This document shows positions 42,331-51,726 of a stretch of DNA of 64,000 nt, in pieces. The stretch is from the NCBI GenBank assembly GCA_045863335.1, contig BTVY01000005.1, forward strand, positions 100,718 to 164,717, read 5' to 3'. Source of the DNA: Candidatus Hydrogenedentota bacterium (GTDB taxonomy: Bacteria > Hydrogenedentota > Hydrogenedentia > Hydrogenedentales > SLHB01). Position 1 is the stretch's first letter, and each line of letters opens with the position of its first letter. Both the position numbers and the translations under genes were made by a program. The notes beneath the pieces are model-generated. The model searched no databases and was not told the DNA's origin. It saw only the letters and a program-made list of their open reading frames with translations.

Positions 42331-43323
42331 GTGTCCGCTACCCTGTCACACGAAATCCTCCTAAATAGCCAGGACGAGGCTATCAAACTCCTGGGCAAGA
42401 ACGGGGAACTTCGCAAACGGATTCAGGAAGAGGCTCCCGTTCGCATTGTGGACCGCGGCGCCAAGGTTGTGATCATGGGAGAAGACCCGGACGCGGCCAT
42501 GGTCGGTCAGATGCTGGCGGAGATGCTCGTCGCCGTGCGTGGCGGGCATACGCCGACCCTGGCCGACGTGAGCTATGCGCTCAACGAGGCGAAGACGAGC
42601 CATGTCGAGAATCTGAGCGACGTATTTGCGTCGCCGGGCCAAGGGTTGCGCACGGATATCGCCATCAAACCGCGCACGCGGGGGCAAAAGCGGTATCTCG
42701 ATGCGATCCAAAGCCATGGAGTTACCCTGGGCATCGGCCCGGCGGGAACGGGCAAGACCTACTTGGCTATGGCTGCGGCTGTATCCGCGTTGTTGAACAA
42801 GGAAGTGAATCGGCTGATCCTGACGCGTCCGGCCGTGGAAGCGGGGGAAAACCTCGGCTTTTTGCCCGGCGATTTGCAGCAAAAGGTGAACCCCTATCTG
42901 CGGCCCCTGTACGATGCGCTGTATTCCATGGTGGATGTGGAGCGGGTCCGCCGCCTCATCGAACGGGAGACCATCGAGGTTGCGCCTCTGGCGTTCATGC
43001 GCGGTCGCACCCTGGACCATTCCTTCGCCATACTGGATGAAGCGCAGAACACGACATCCGAGCAGATGAAGATGTTCTTGACCCGCCTGGGCGAAGGGTC
43101 GCGGGCCGTGATTACGGGCGACATTACCCAGGTGGACTTGCCGCGCGGGCGGCGTTCGGGACTCATCGAGGCGCGGCGCATTCTGCGAAACACAGAGGGC
43201 ATCGCGATTATACACCTGCACCGCAACGACGTCGTACGGCATCCGCTGGTCCAGCGGATAATCGATGCCTACGAGGCGGCGTCGCAGGGTGACGGACCGC
43301 CGGAGGAGGGTAGCGAATCTTGA
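42331..43323 (+). CDS. phoH: PhoH-family ATPase (YbeZ/PhoH-like)
   Basis: GPAGTGKT, RPAVEAGE.LGFLPG, MRGRTL, DEAQN, GD.TQ.DL, VVRHPLV. Confidence 0.96.
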   Translation: MSATLSHEILLNSQDEAIKLLGKNGELRKRIQEEAPVRIVDRGAKVVIMGEDPDAAMVGQMLAEMLVAVRGGHTPTLADVSYALNEAKTSHVENLSDVFASPGQGLRTDIAIKPRTRGQKRYLDAIQSHGVTLGIGPAGTGKTYLAMAAAVSALLNKEVNRLILTRPAVEAGENLGFLPGDLQQKVNPYLRPLYDALYSMVDVERVRRLIERETIEVAPLAFMRGRTLDHSFAILDEAQNTTSEQMKMFLTRLGEGSRAVITGDITQVDLPRGRRSGLIEARRILRNTEGIAIIHLHRNDVVRHPLVQRIIDAYEAASQGDGPPEEGSES

Positions 43324-45821
43324 TGCTCCCCCGAATCGGACGAAAGAAGCAGCGGCTGAGCGGCGGTAGCTACCGGGGCCAGCAGCAGCGTGTGGGAACC
43401 AATCGCGAGCAGCGAATGCGCACGCTGGTGCTTGGGCTGTGCTTTGTGTTCCTGGTGGTTGGCGTGACCAAGCGGCTGCGGCCCACGGCGGAAACCGAAG
43501 AATACAATCTTGACGGCGTCATTGCCCAAGATACGTTCATTGCGGAAATTGGGTTCAAGAGCGAAGATCTCGAAAAGACCCGGGAAGCGCGCGAAGCAGC
43601 GGCTGCCAAGGTGCCCGACATCTTTCGTGTCAACGAAGACGTCGTCGAGGTACAGGTAGAGCTCCTGGGTGAAGCGGCCGACGCCATCCTGGAGCAGCGG
43701 CCCGCCGCAGAGAAAGCCATTCGTGAGGCGCTGGCGGCGGCCCCGCCGGACCAGGCACCGGCCACGGTTGTGGCGAGAACCGCCCGGAGTTTTGCGGAAA
43801 CGCTGATCAAGCAGGGCGAACCGTTTCAATCGGTCGCCAACGCCGATGCGCTGGCGACCTGGCTGACGCCGCGCGTAACGATACCGGCGCCGAAAGCGCC
43901 CGCCGATCCCGTTGAGGGAAGCGAAGCGGACGCCGCGCCCGAGCCTTCCAAACCCGAACCGCAACTGGAGTTCGTGTACGGAGAACGTCTCGCGGCCGTA
44001 GCACCGGAAGCCCTGCGCGATGTCCTCGAAAACGGAATCTTGAAGTCCGACGAACGGGGCAGTGAATTCTCCAAAGCCTTGGACCGCCGCATCACAATCC
44101 TCAACGCGCGCGGCCAAAGCTCCGGTGAGATGCCGTTCGCCGAAGCGCCCACCGTCGTCACGGCGCCTGATCTGTTGAAGGCGCGCATCGCCGCGGGGCT
44201 GCAATTGGCTTTTCCGGCCTTTCAGGCCGGTGCGACGGACGCTCCGGTCGATCTGGTGAAACTCCAGGACGCAGCGTTCGCGGTGACAAAACCGTTCCTG
44301 AGCAGCACCCTGGAGTTTGACGCGGACAAGACAAGCATTGAACGAGAAGTTGCTCGCGGGCAGGTGGAACCGGTCTTGAAAGAGATCATGCCCAGTGAGC
44401 GAATCATCGGCCGCGGTGAGCGTTGGTCTCCGCAGTCGAAAAGTGATGTGGAAACCTACCTGGTTGAAAAGCAGCGCTATGACAAGCAGACCGCCAACGT
44501 AATTGGTTCGCTGGCCGGCCATGCGATCCTGGTGGGGCTGGTGTTGTTTGCTCTCGTGCAAGCGCTGCCGCTGTTGGTTACGAAACGCCAGTTCACCTTG
44601 CGGAGCCTGAACCTGGTGCTCCTGGTAATGTGCGCCACGATCGGTGTCGGGCGCGTGGCGGCCTACTTCGACGATACGGGATTGTTGGTGCCCGCGGCGG
44701 CCGGGGCCATCCTGCTCGCCATCCTGACGAATACGCGCGTCGCCGGCCTTTCAAGCGCAATCATCGCGATACTCCTGTCGATTCAGTACGACTACAGTTG
44801 GCGGCTCCTGCTGGTGAGCGCGGCAATGTCGTTTACCGGCGTGCTCAGTATCTTCATGGTGCGGCGGCGCAGCGACATGGGCAGCGCAGCGGTGAAAGCC
44901 ACGATCGTCGGCGTGCTGACGGTGCTGGGTATGGCCCTCGCACAGGACGCCTTGTTCACGGAGACATCGTTCAATGCGCTTGTATCCATCGCGTTGAACG
45001 GATTGGTGTGCGTGTTGGTCGTGCCCGGGTTGGTTTCGCCGTTGGAGCGCCTGTTCGGTATTACGACCGACATTCAACTGCTGGAATATTCGGATTTAAA
45101 CAACCATATTCTGAGCCGGCTGGCCATGGAAGTGCCGGCGACCTATGCCCACAGTCTTATGCTGGGCCAGTTGGCGGAGGCCGCGGCGGACGCTATCGGC
45201 GCGAACGGGCTGCTCGCCCGGGTCTGTGCGTATTACCACGACATCGGCAAGATTCGGCGTCCGGAATACTTCTCCGAGAATCAGACCGGCGCCAATATTC
45301 ACGACGACCTCTCGCCCCGATTGAGCGCGCGGGCCATAGCATCGCACGTGACCGAGGGCGCGGAGATGGCGCGGGAACTTCATTTGCCGAAACCGTTGAT
45401 CGACGCCATCTATGAACACCACGGGACTTGCCTGATCAGCTTTTTCTACAAGGAAGCGGTGAAACAGCAGAAGCACGGCGGCGTCGTGGAAAGCGATTTC
45501 CGGTATCCGGGGCCCCGTCCGCGGAGCCGCGAGACTGCGATTCTGATGATTTGCGACGCGGTGGAATCGGGGGTGCGATCCCTGAAGAATCCGAACGAAG
45601 AGCGTGTCCGCGAGTTTATCGACCGCATCATCTCGAGCCGCGCCGAGGATCGGCAGTTTGATGAGTGCGAACTCACGCTGCGCGACCTCGACACGATTGC
45701 GGAGGTTTTGGCCAAGCGCATTTCGTCAAGCCAACACCGGCGCATCGCCTATCCCGGCCAGGAAAAAGAGCCCGAGCCAAAGGTGGCGAACATGGTCCCC
45801 TTGTCCGGAGGGCAGGAATAG
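43320..45821 (+). CDS. pgpH: 7TM-HD (HDIG) phosphohydrolase, PgpH-type c-di-AMP phosphodiesterase
   Basis: Large extracytoplasmic domain, 7 TMs, PATYAHS, YYHDIGK, YF.ENQ, EHHGT, FRYPGP.P, D.VE. Confidence 0.88.
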   Translation: MMLPRIGRKKQRLSGGSYRGQQQRVGTNREQRMRTLVLGLCFVFLVVGVTKRLRPTAETEEYNLDGVIAQDTFIAEIGFKSEDLEKTREAREAAAAKVPDIFRVNEDVVEVQVELLGEAADAILEQRPAAEKAIREALAAAPPDQAPATVVARTARSFAETLIKQGEPFQSVANADALATWLTPRVTIPAPKAPADPVEGSEADAAPEPSKPEPQLEFVYGERLAAVAPEALRDVLENGILKSDERGSEFSKALDRRITILNARGQSSGEMPFAEAPTVVTAPDLLKARIAAGLQLAFPAFQAGATDAPVDLVKLQDAAFAVTKPFLSSTLEFDADKTSIEREVARGQVEPVLKEIMPSERIIGRGERWSPQSKSDVETYLVEKQRYDKQTANVIGSLAGHAILVGLVLFALVQALPLLVTKRQFTLRSLNLVLLVMCATIGVGRVAAYFDDTGLLVPAAAGAILLAILTNTRVAGLSSAIIAILLSIQYDYSWRLLLVSAAMSFTGVLSIFMVRRRSDMGSAAVKATIVGVLTVLGMALAQDALFTETSFNALVSIALNGLVCVLVVPGLVSPLERLFGITTDIQLLEYSDLNNHILSRLAMEVPATYAHSLMLGQLAEAAADAIGANGLLARVCAYYHDIGKIRRPEYFSENQTGANIHDDLSPRLSARAIASHVTEGAEMARELHLPKPLIDAIYEHHGTCLISFFYKEAVKQQKHGGVVESDFRYPGPRPRSRETAILMICDAVESGVRSLKNPNEERVREFIDRIISSRAEDRQFDECELTLRDLDTIAEVLAKRISSSQHRRIAYPGQEKEPEPKVANMVPLSGGQE

Positions 45822-46297
45822 TGCCGCTTACCCTCCAGGTCCGCAACGAATCGCGGATGAAGCATTGCTACCGTTCGGACGTGCTGTGCCGACTGGCAGA
45901 ACGCGTGTGCGCGGGCGAGAATCGCAATGGCGCCATCGAGATCAGCGTGCTATTCTGCGACGATCGCCGCATACGGGAATTGAACCGGCAATACCGGAAG
46001 ATCGATCGCCCCACAGACGTTCTATCCTTCGCCCAGGACGAAGCGCCGGACGGGGAGCAGGTCGTCTTGGGCGACATTGTGATATCGCTGGAAACGGTTG
46101 CGGCGCGTTGCCGCGGTGACAAGGAGGCCATGCGGCAGGAAGCGCGGCTTCTGTTTTGTCATGGGTTGTTGCATCTTCTGGGCTACGACCACCACACGGA
46201 ACGCGAGCGTGCCATCATGGCTGCCAAACAGGCGGCATACCTGGACCTGCCGATTGCGAAGGCGTGGCTTGGACCACGCCGCGCGACCGCAACCTAA
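45821..46297 (+). CDS. ybeY: rRNA maturation endoribonuclease YbeY
   Basis: LNRQYR.IDRPTDVLSF, LGDIVIS, HGLLHLLGYDH; GTG start at 45821. Confidence 0.95.
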   Translation: MPLTLQVRNESRMKHCYRSDVLCRLAERVCAGENRNGAIEISVLFCDDRRIRELNRQYRKIDRPTDVLSFAQDEAPDGEQVVLGDIVISLETVAARCRGDKEAMRQEARLLFCHGLLHLLGYDHHTERERAIMAAKQAAYLDLPIAKAWLGPRRATAT

Positions 46298-46314
46298 GGG
46301 AGGAGAAATCTCTT

Positions 46315-47838
46315 TTGGACGACGATAGTAGACCGTCGCCCTTCACGTCCTCGATCACGAGGATGGTTTGGTGGGGCGGCTTTATCTGTGTCGCCCTGTT
46401 TCTCGTCAATCACGCCGTGTCGCAGAGTCCGGAGGCGGTGACCGATGGATCCACTTTGTCTCGACACGCGGCCGCGGAAGACATGCCCGACGCCGCGGAC
46501 GGCACGCAGCCGTGGCATGCCGTGTTACCGCCGCACGTGCTGCTTGCAATTGCGTTCCTGATCGGGTGCTCGGCGTTTTTCTCGGGGTCTGAGTCGGCCT
46601 TCTTCTCCATCCACAAGATCCGGTTGCGCGCCATGCGAGAGAGCGCGAACGTCGCGGACCGGCGGGTCGCCAAATTGATGGAGGATCCGGGACGCCTGCT
46701 GACCACGATCCTGGTAGGCAACATGATCGTCAACGCGTTGATTGGCATTTTTCTTGGCGCTCGCGTGGAGCAGGTGCTTTCCAATTCCTTTGGATTCGGT
46801 GACGCCACGGCCTACGCGCTAGCGGTTGCCCTTACGACAACGATCCTGGTCTTCCTTGGCGAGATTGCCCCCAAAGTGTTTGCCGTGCATACCTGCGTGC
46901 CCTTTGCGCGCATCACGGTGTTTCCCCTTGTCGCGGCGGACCGGATTCTGGCGCCCGTTCGCGATAGCGCGCTGGGGCTCACCAATGCGTTGTTCCGCCT
47001 CACCCGATTCCACCAGTTGCATGCGGCGCCGTTCATCACCGATGCCGAGTTTAAGTCGGTGTTGACTGACGGCGAGGCGCAAGGCGTGATTGAAGAAGAC
47101 GAGCGCCAAATGATCCAGGGAATTCTCGAGTTCAGCGACGCCATGCTTCGGGAGATCCTGGTGCCGCGGCCCGACGTGATCGCGTTGCCTGAAGAAGCCA
47201 CGGTAGCCGAGGCGTTAGCCGTGTACCGGGAGCACGAGTACTCGCGCATGCCGGTGTACCGTGAAGGGCTGGATTACGTGCGCGGGATCCTTCTGGCGAA
47301 GGACCTGCTGCCCAGTTTCGCCAAAGGTGAAATGGACCGCACGATCAAGGGCCTGTTGCGGCCCGCCCATTTCGTACCGGTCACGATGACTGTTCAACAG
47401 TTCGTCGCGGATGCCCAACGGCACCGCGCCCATCTCGCGATTGTGGTCGACGAGTACGGCGGGACGGCCGGTATCGTGACGCTTGAGGACGCGATGGAAC
47501 AAGTCGTCGGCGATATCATGGACGAAGACGAATTCGAGGAACTCGGGTATCACAAGGTGGCGGACGACGAGTACGTCGTCGAGGGCGGGCTGGCCCTTGA
47601 CGATCTCAACGCGCTGATTGGTGTGGACCTTCAGGATGAAGAGCACGAAACCGTTGCAGGATTCCTCATGGATCAGACCGACCGAATTCTCGAACCTGGC
47701 GATCAAATTGAATCGGCGGGCGTCCAGTTCACGGTAGAAGCTTGTGAAGGAAAGCGGGTGTCCAGCGTGCGGCTCAAGCTGTTGCCGCCGCCCGAACCCG
47801 CGGCGGAACCGGCCCCGGTCACGGAGCCCGAGTCATGA
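46315..47838 (+). CDS. CNNM/DUF21-CBS-CorC (HlyC/CorC) family protein, paralog 1
   Basis: FFSGSESAFFS, TILVGN, GEIAPK, YSRMPVY, VVDEYGGTAGIVTLED; TTG start after a GGAGGAG RBS. Confidence 0.92.
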   Translation: MDDDSRPSPFTSSITRMVWWGGFICVALFLVNHAVSQSPEAVTDGSTLSRHAAAEDMPDAADGTQPWHAVLPPHVLLAIAFLIGCSAFFSGSESAFFSIHKIRLRAMRESANVADRRVAKLMEDPGRLLTTILVGNMIVNALIGIFLGARVEQVLSNSFGFGDATAYALAVALTTTILVFLGEIAPKVFAVHTCVPFARITVFPLVAADRILAPVRDSALGLTNALFRLTRFHQLHAAPFITDAEFKSVLTDGEAQGVIEEDERQMIQGILEFSDAMLREILVPRPDVIALPEEATVAEALAVYREHEYSRMPVYREGLDYVRGILLAKDLLPSFAKGEMDRTIKGLLRPAHFVPVTMTVQQFVADAQRHRAHLAIVVDEYGGTAGIVTLEDAMEQVVGDIMDEDEFEELGYHKVADDEYVVEGGLALDDLNALIGVDLQDEEHETVAGFLMDQTDRILEPGDQIESAGVQFTVEACEGKRVSSVRLKLLPPPEPAAEPAPVTEPES

Positions 47839-49091
47839 TGGAATTGGTTGCCATAACAGTCGGCGTTCTAGCTTTCGCCGTGCTCTTCCAGGCGCTATTC
47901 GCGGGGTACGAAACGGGTTTTCTTTCGGTCAATCCGCTACGCATTCGGTTCATGGCCGAGGAGGAGCATCAGATTCGCGCGAAACGGATGCTGCGGTACA
48001 CGAGCAATCCGGACCAGATGCTGGCGATGCTGCTCATCGGCACCAACGTGGGCACGGTGATGGGGACGATCGCGGTCACGCGCGGTTTTGGCGAACTTGC
48101 GGCCGTCTTGATTGCGACGCCGGTCTTTCTCCTGTTCGCGGAGGTGATCCCGAAAAGTATCTTCCGGCAGGTTCCGAACCGGCTCACGCTGGCGCTGCTG
48201 CCCGTTATTGAGTTCTTTTACTGGGTGTTCGCGCCGCTTGCGTGGCCCTTGGCGAAACTCAGCAAGCTCATGTTCCGCTTTGCGGCCGACCATCAGGAAC
48301 ATCATCTGAGCCCCCTTATGTCCACGCGGGAGGACATGCGGGTTCTTGTGGATGAGAGCGCGGACCACGGCACGATCGAACCCGAAGAACAGCGCATGAT
48401 CCATTCGGTAATCAACTTGCAGGCCACCCAGGCGAAAGAGATCATGGTGCCGCGCATCGACATCCAGGCTCTTCCTGAAACGGCGACGCGCGCGGAACTG
48501 CTCACCCTCCTCGAGCAATCCGGCCGGACGCGCATCCCCGTGTATCGCGAAACCATCGACGAGGTGATCGGGGTTGTCAGCGCACACGATGTGCTGCTCG
48601 ATGCCGATCCCGCCACGGACGACATTCGCCCGTACATTCGCGACGTGATGCACGTGCCCGACACCATCAAGGTGGATGACCTGTTCGCCCAAATGAAGCG
48701 CGACAAACAGTACATGACCATCGTAACCGATGAGTACGGCGGTACGGACGGCCTCATCACGCTGGAGGATATCCTCGAGGAGATTTTCGGCGACATTCAG
48801 GATGAGCACGATGTTGAAGAGAAGCAGATTCAGATGGTCGGACCGAATGCCTTCGTCATCGACGCGCGGACCTACCTCGAAGATGTGTCTGAAGCCATCG
48901 GCGCACCCATCCAGGATGAGGAAGTGGAAACGGTGGGGGGCTGGCTGATGCGCGTCGCCGGGCGGATCCCGTACCAGGGCGAAGTCATCGTCTACGACCG
49001 ATTTCGCGTTACCGTGCTGGACGGGGGCGTCAACAGCATCGTGAAAGTCCGGTTGGAAATTCTGCCCGCAAGCGAGGAACAGCATGGCTAA
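47835..49091 (+). CDS. CNNM/DUF21-CBS-CorC family protein, paralog 2
   Basis: FAGYETG, LIGTN, AEVIPK, TRIPVY, DEYGGTDGLITLED. Confidence 0.92.
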   Translation: MMELVAITVGVLAFAVLFQALFAGYETGFLSVNPLRIRFMAEEEHQIRAKRMLRYTSNPDQMLAMLLIGTNVGTVMGTIAVTRGFGELAAVLIATPVFLLFAEVIPKSIFRQVPNRLTLALLPVIEFFYWVFAPLAWPLAKLSKLMFRFAADHQEHHLSPLMSTREDMRVLVDESADHGTIEPEEQRMIHSVINLQATQAKEIMVPRIDIQALPETATRAELLTLLEQSGRTRIPVYRETIDEVIGVVSAHDVLLDADPATDDIRPYIRDVMHVPDTIKVDDLFAQMKRDKQYMTIVTDEYGGTDGLITLEDILEEIFGDIQDEHDVEEKQIQMVGPNAFVIDARTYLEDVSEAIGAPIQDEEVETVGGWLMRVAGRIPYQGEVIVYDRFRVTVLDGGVNSIVKVRLEILPASEEQHG

Positions 49092-49830
49092 GTCGAACGA
49101 TCGGGTCCCGGCTCGGGGGGTTGGCCAGTGGCTCCAGCAGGCTTGGAACCAAGTCTGGAAGTATATGGTGAGCGGATTGCTCGTGTGGATTCCGCTGATC
49201 ATCTCCGTGTGGGTGGCGTGGCTGGTGTTCGACAAATTGGTCTTCGGCATGGAGCGGCTCGTCCGGGGACTGTTCGGCATGTTCCATGACTGGGGAGGCC
49301 GTTATCCGCGCTTCGATTTCCTGTCCGACTGGCAATACCAGGATGGTACCGGGTTTGCTCTGGCCCTGGCGCTCTTTCTCGGTACCGGGGTGCTTGCGCG
49401 GTATATTGTCGGGCGCAAGATTATCAACTACGGGGAACGCATTCTCCAGCGTATCCCGTTCATCAGCCGCGTGTATCGCGCGGTGCAACAGATTCGGGAC
49501 GTATTCATTACGCGCGAAGGCGCGGTATTCCAGAAGGTGTGCATGGTCGACTATCCCCGCAAAGGTATGGCGGCCGTGGCATTCGTGACGTCCCGCGAAC
49601 ATGGGGTCGTGCAAGAGGTCTTGGGCAAGCCGGATTATGTCGCCGTGTTCATTCCCACCACACCAAACCCAACCTCCGGATTTCTCGTCTATTTGCCCGA
49701 ATCGGAGATTACGGTGTTAGATATCAGTGTCGAAGAAGCCATGAAACTGATCATTTCCGGGGGCGCCTATATTCCCGGCAATCGCTCCATCGAGGATGAC
49801 AGTGGCCGGGAAGCCGAGGAATCCGCGTAG
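49084..49830 (+). CDS. DUF502 membrane protein
   Basis: GLLVWIP, RIP.I..VY, VFIPTTPNPTSGF, SVEEAMKLIISGG. Confidence 0.92.
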   Translation: MAKSNDRVPARGVGQWLQQAWNQVWKYMVSGLLVWIPLIISVWVAWLVFDKLVFGMERLVRGLFGMFHDWGGRYPRFDFLSDWQYQDGTGFALALALFLGTGVLARYIVGRKIINYGERILQRIPFISRVYRAVQQIRDVFITREGAVFQKVCMVDYPRKGMAAVAFVTSREHGVVQEVLGKPDYVAVFIPTTPNPTSGFLVYLPESEITVLDISVEEAMKLIISGGAYIPGNRSIEDDSGREAEESA

Positions 49831-49879
49831 ATCGTTTGCCCGAGCATTCCGGCGGGGGACTTGGAAAGGGATCGGAGCC

Positions 49880-51100
49880 ATGTCGAAGGGGACAGGGGTT
49901 CTACTGGCGGCGTTGATTCTGCTTCTTGCCGTCCAAACTTGGCGCCTCCACGAGGTAAAGCGTGACTCCAGTGTGACGGCCTTAGCGGGCGATGCGGCCC
50001 AACCCGGCGGACGGTTTCCCGCAGAGCCCGGCGCGCCTGCCGATTCGGGTACGAATGCCATCCGGTCGCCAGCACGGCCCGTTGCTGCCGAAGTTGAGAC
50101 CAAGCACTCCGTGTTACCGCCGGCTGGCGATGTCCCCAAAGATGTACTGACGGCCTTGCGGGAGTTCGCACAGCGCAGTGAGGTGAAACCAGCGGGGAAT
50201 AGCGCCGCCAAGTCCGGCAGGGAAGGAACGCGCGGTCGCGCGGAAACAGACAGCCGCAACGCCAGCGATTCCACCAAGCGCGCGGCGAACGGCGCTGCCG
50301 GGCCGGAGAAAGCAGCCCTTCGCGAGGGGATCGCGCGAGCCCGGGCTGCGGCGCGAAATGGAGATTATGATAAGGCCATTGCGCTGCTGACCGGCCTCAT
50401 CGATTCGACCGCGGACAGTGGGCCGGCCTACCAAGCCCTGGCCCGCACGTACCGGGACCTGGGCATGCCGGATGAAGCGCTGGCGGTGCTGCAGGAATGG
50501 TCCAGCGCACATCCCGACGCCGCAGCCGCTCATCTGGAGATGGCGAACACGTATGAGGCATTGGGGCTGAACGCCGAAGCGCTGGCAGAGCTACAGGCCT
50601 ACGAGAACCTCTCCGGCGGATCGGCGGACAGCTATTCGGAGCTTGCCGCCATGTACCGGCGCCTCGGCCTGACGGCGGAAGAGGCGCAGGCGCTCGCCGC
50701 CTGGAACGACGCGAGCCCCGGATCGCCTCAGGCCATGCGCGCCATGGCCGACTACTACCGGCGCAACGGCGATTACGGAAACGCCATCCTTCAGTATCAG
50801 GGCGTGTTGGAGGCCGAACCCGGAAACATCGCCGCGCGGACCAACCTGGCGCAGACGTATCAGCAGATGGGCCAGTACGGGGCCGCGCAGGCTGAATACA
50901 TTGCGGCATTGGAACTCACGCCTGGAGATGCCAACCTGTGGATGCGCCTGGGGGATTCGTATCGCCAGTCCGGCAATATCGCGTCAGCGATTGGCAGCTA
51001 CCAGAGTGTGGTTTCGCTGGAACCAGGTTCGTCGTCGGCGCTTCGCGCGAGCCGGCAGATCGTGCGCCTGGAACGGCAGCTCACGGCGCAGAAATCGTAG
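49880..51100 (+). CDS. Membrane-anchored TPR protein
   Basis: N-terminal TM, P/A/S-rich linker and about 7 TPR repeats. Confidence 0.85.
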   Translation: MSKGTGVLLAALILLLAVQTWRLHEVKRDSSVTALAGDAAQPGGRFPAEPGAPADSGTNAIRSPARPVAAEVETKHSVLPPAGDVPKDVLTALREFAQRSEVKPAGNSAAKSGREGTRGRAETDSRNASDSTKRAANGAAGPEKAALREGIARARAAARNGDYDKAIALLTGLIDSTADSGPAYQALARTYRDLGMPDEALAVLQEWSSAHPDAAAAHLEMANTYEALGLNAEALAELQAYENLSGGSADSYSELAAMYRRLGLTAEEAQALAAWNDASPGSPQAMRAMADYYRRNGDYGNAILQYQGVLEAEPGNIAARTNLAQTYQQMGQYGAAQAEYIAALELTPGDANLWMRLGDSYRQSGNIASAIGSYQSVVSLEPGSSSALRASRQIVRLERQLTAQKS

Positions 51101-51187
51101 CAAATCACAACGTACCAAATAGTTACGACTTCTGGTGCTCTTGCCGCTCCAACCCGTTTCTCCCTTTGCTCACTGTCAAGAGTCTAT

Positions 51188-51214
51188 TAAAGGCCCGTAG
51201 CAATCTGCCGATAA
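51188..51214 (+). promoter_or_regulatory. Sigma28 (FliA) promoter
   Basis: TAAA-N15-GCCGATAA, an exact match to the consensus, about 55 bp upstream of flgM. Confidence 0.9.
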
Positions 51215-51269
51215 AGATAAGGCAGGCATGGATGCCTGTGATGGTTCGATGTGCTAAGGAGAGCAAATC

Positions 51270-51587
51270 ATGGTTGGCATCTACGGGATTACCGGATTAC
51301 CCGAGCAGCCGGCCACCACTCCTTCGGAGCCGGCGCGCGGAAGGCGGCCGCAGAGTCTGTCGGGCGAATCAGGACAGCAGGGCGCGGATCAGATCACGTT
51401 CAGTTCTGAAGCCCAGGAAGCTTCTGCCGCTGCGAAGTTTATCGAAGCCGCGAAAGAGCGGTCGGAAGAGATCCGGGCGGAACGGATCGAACAGGCCCGA
51501 AAGCAACTGGAAGAAGGCACCTACCGGCTTCAACAGGTTGTGCTTGTTGTAGCGGCACGCGTTGCCAACTACATTGGGGACGCGTAA
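51270..51587 (+). CDS. flgM: Anti-sigma28 factor FlgM
   Basis: DQITFSSEAQ and IRAERIEQARKQLEEGTY motifs; sigma28 promoter; AAGGAG RBS. Confidence 0.85.
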   Translation: MVGIYGITGLPEQPATTPSEPARGRRPQSLSGESGQQGADQITFSSEAQEASAAAKFIEAAKERSEEIRAERIEQARKQLEEGTYRLQQVVLVVAARVANYIGDA

Positions 51588-51668
51588 CCCTCTATACCCA
51601 GGACCTTCGACTCGGCTGGGACCGGGCTGAAAGTTCGCTCTAGGGGTTTGACCGGCGTTTTGTGACTG

Positions 51669-51702
51669 AAAGAAGAAGCCCCGCGCAAACGCGCGGGGCT
51701 TC
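51669..51702 (-). terminator. Intrinsic terminator between the convergent flgM and M4 protease genes
   Basis: gaagccccgcgc-aaac-gcgcggggcttc 12-bp stem, with a U-rich tail on the minus strand. Confidence 0.8.
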
Positions 51703-51726
51703 GTGCTGTCTACGATTTGGCGGGAC

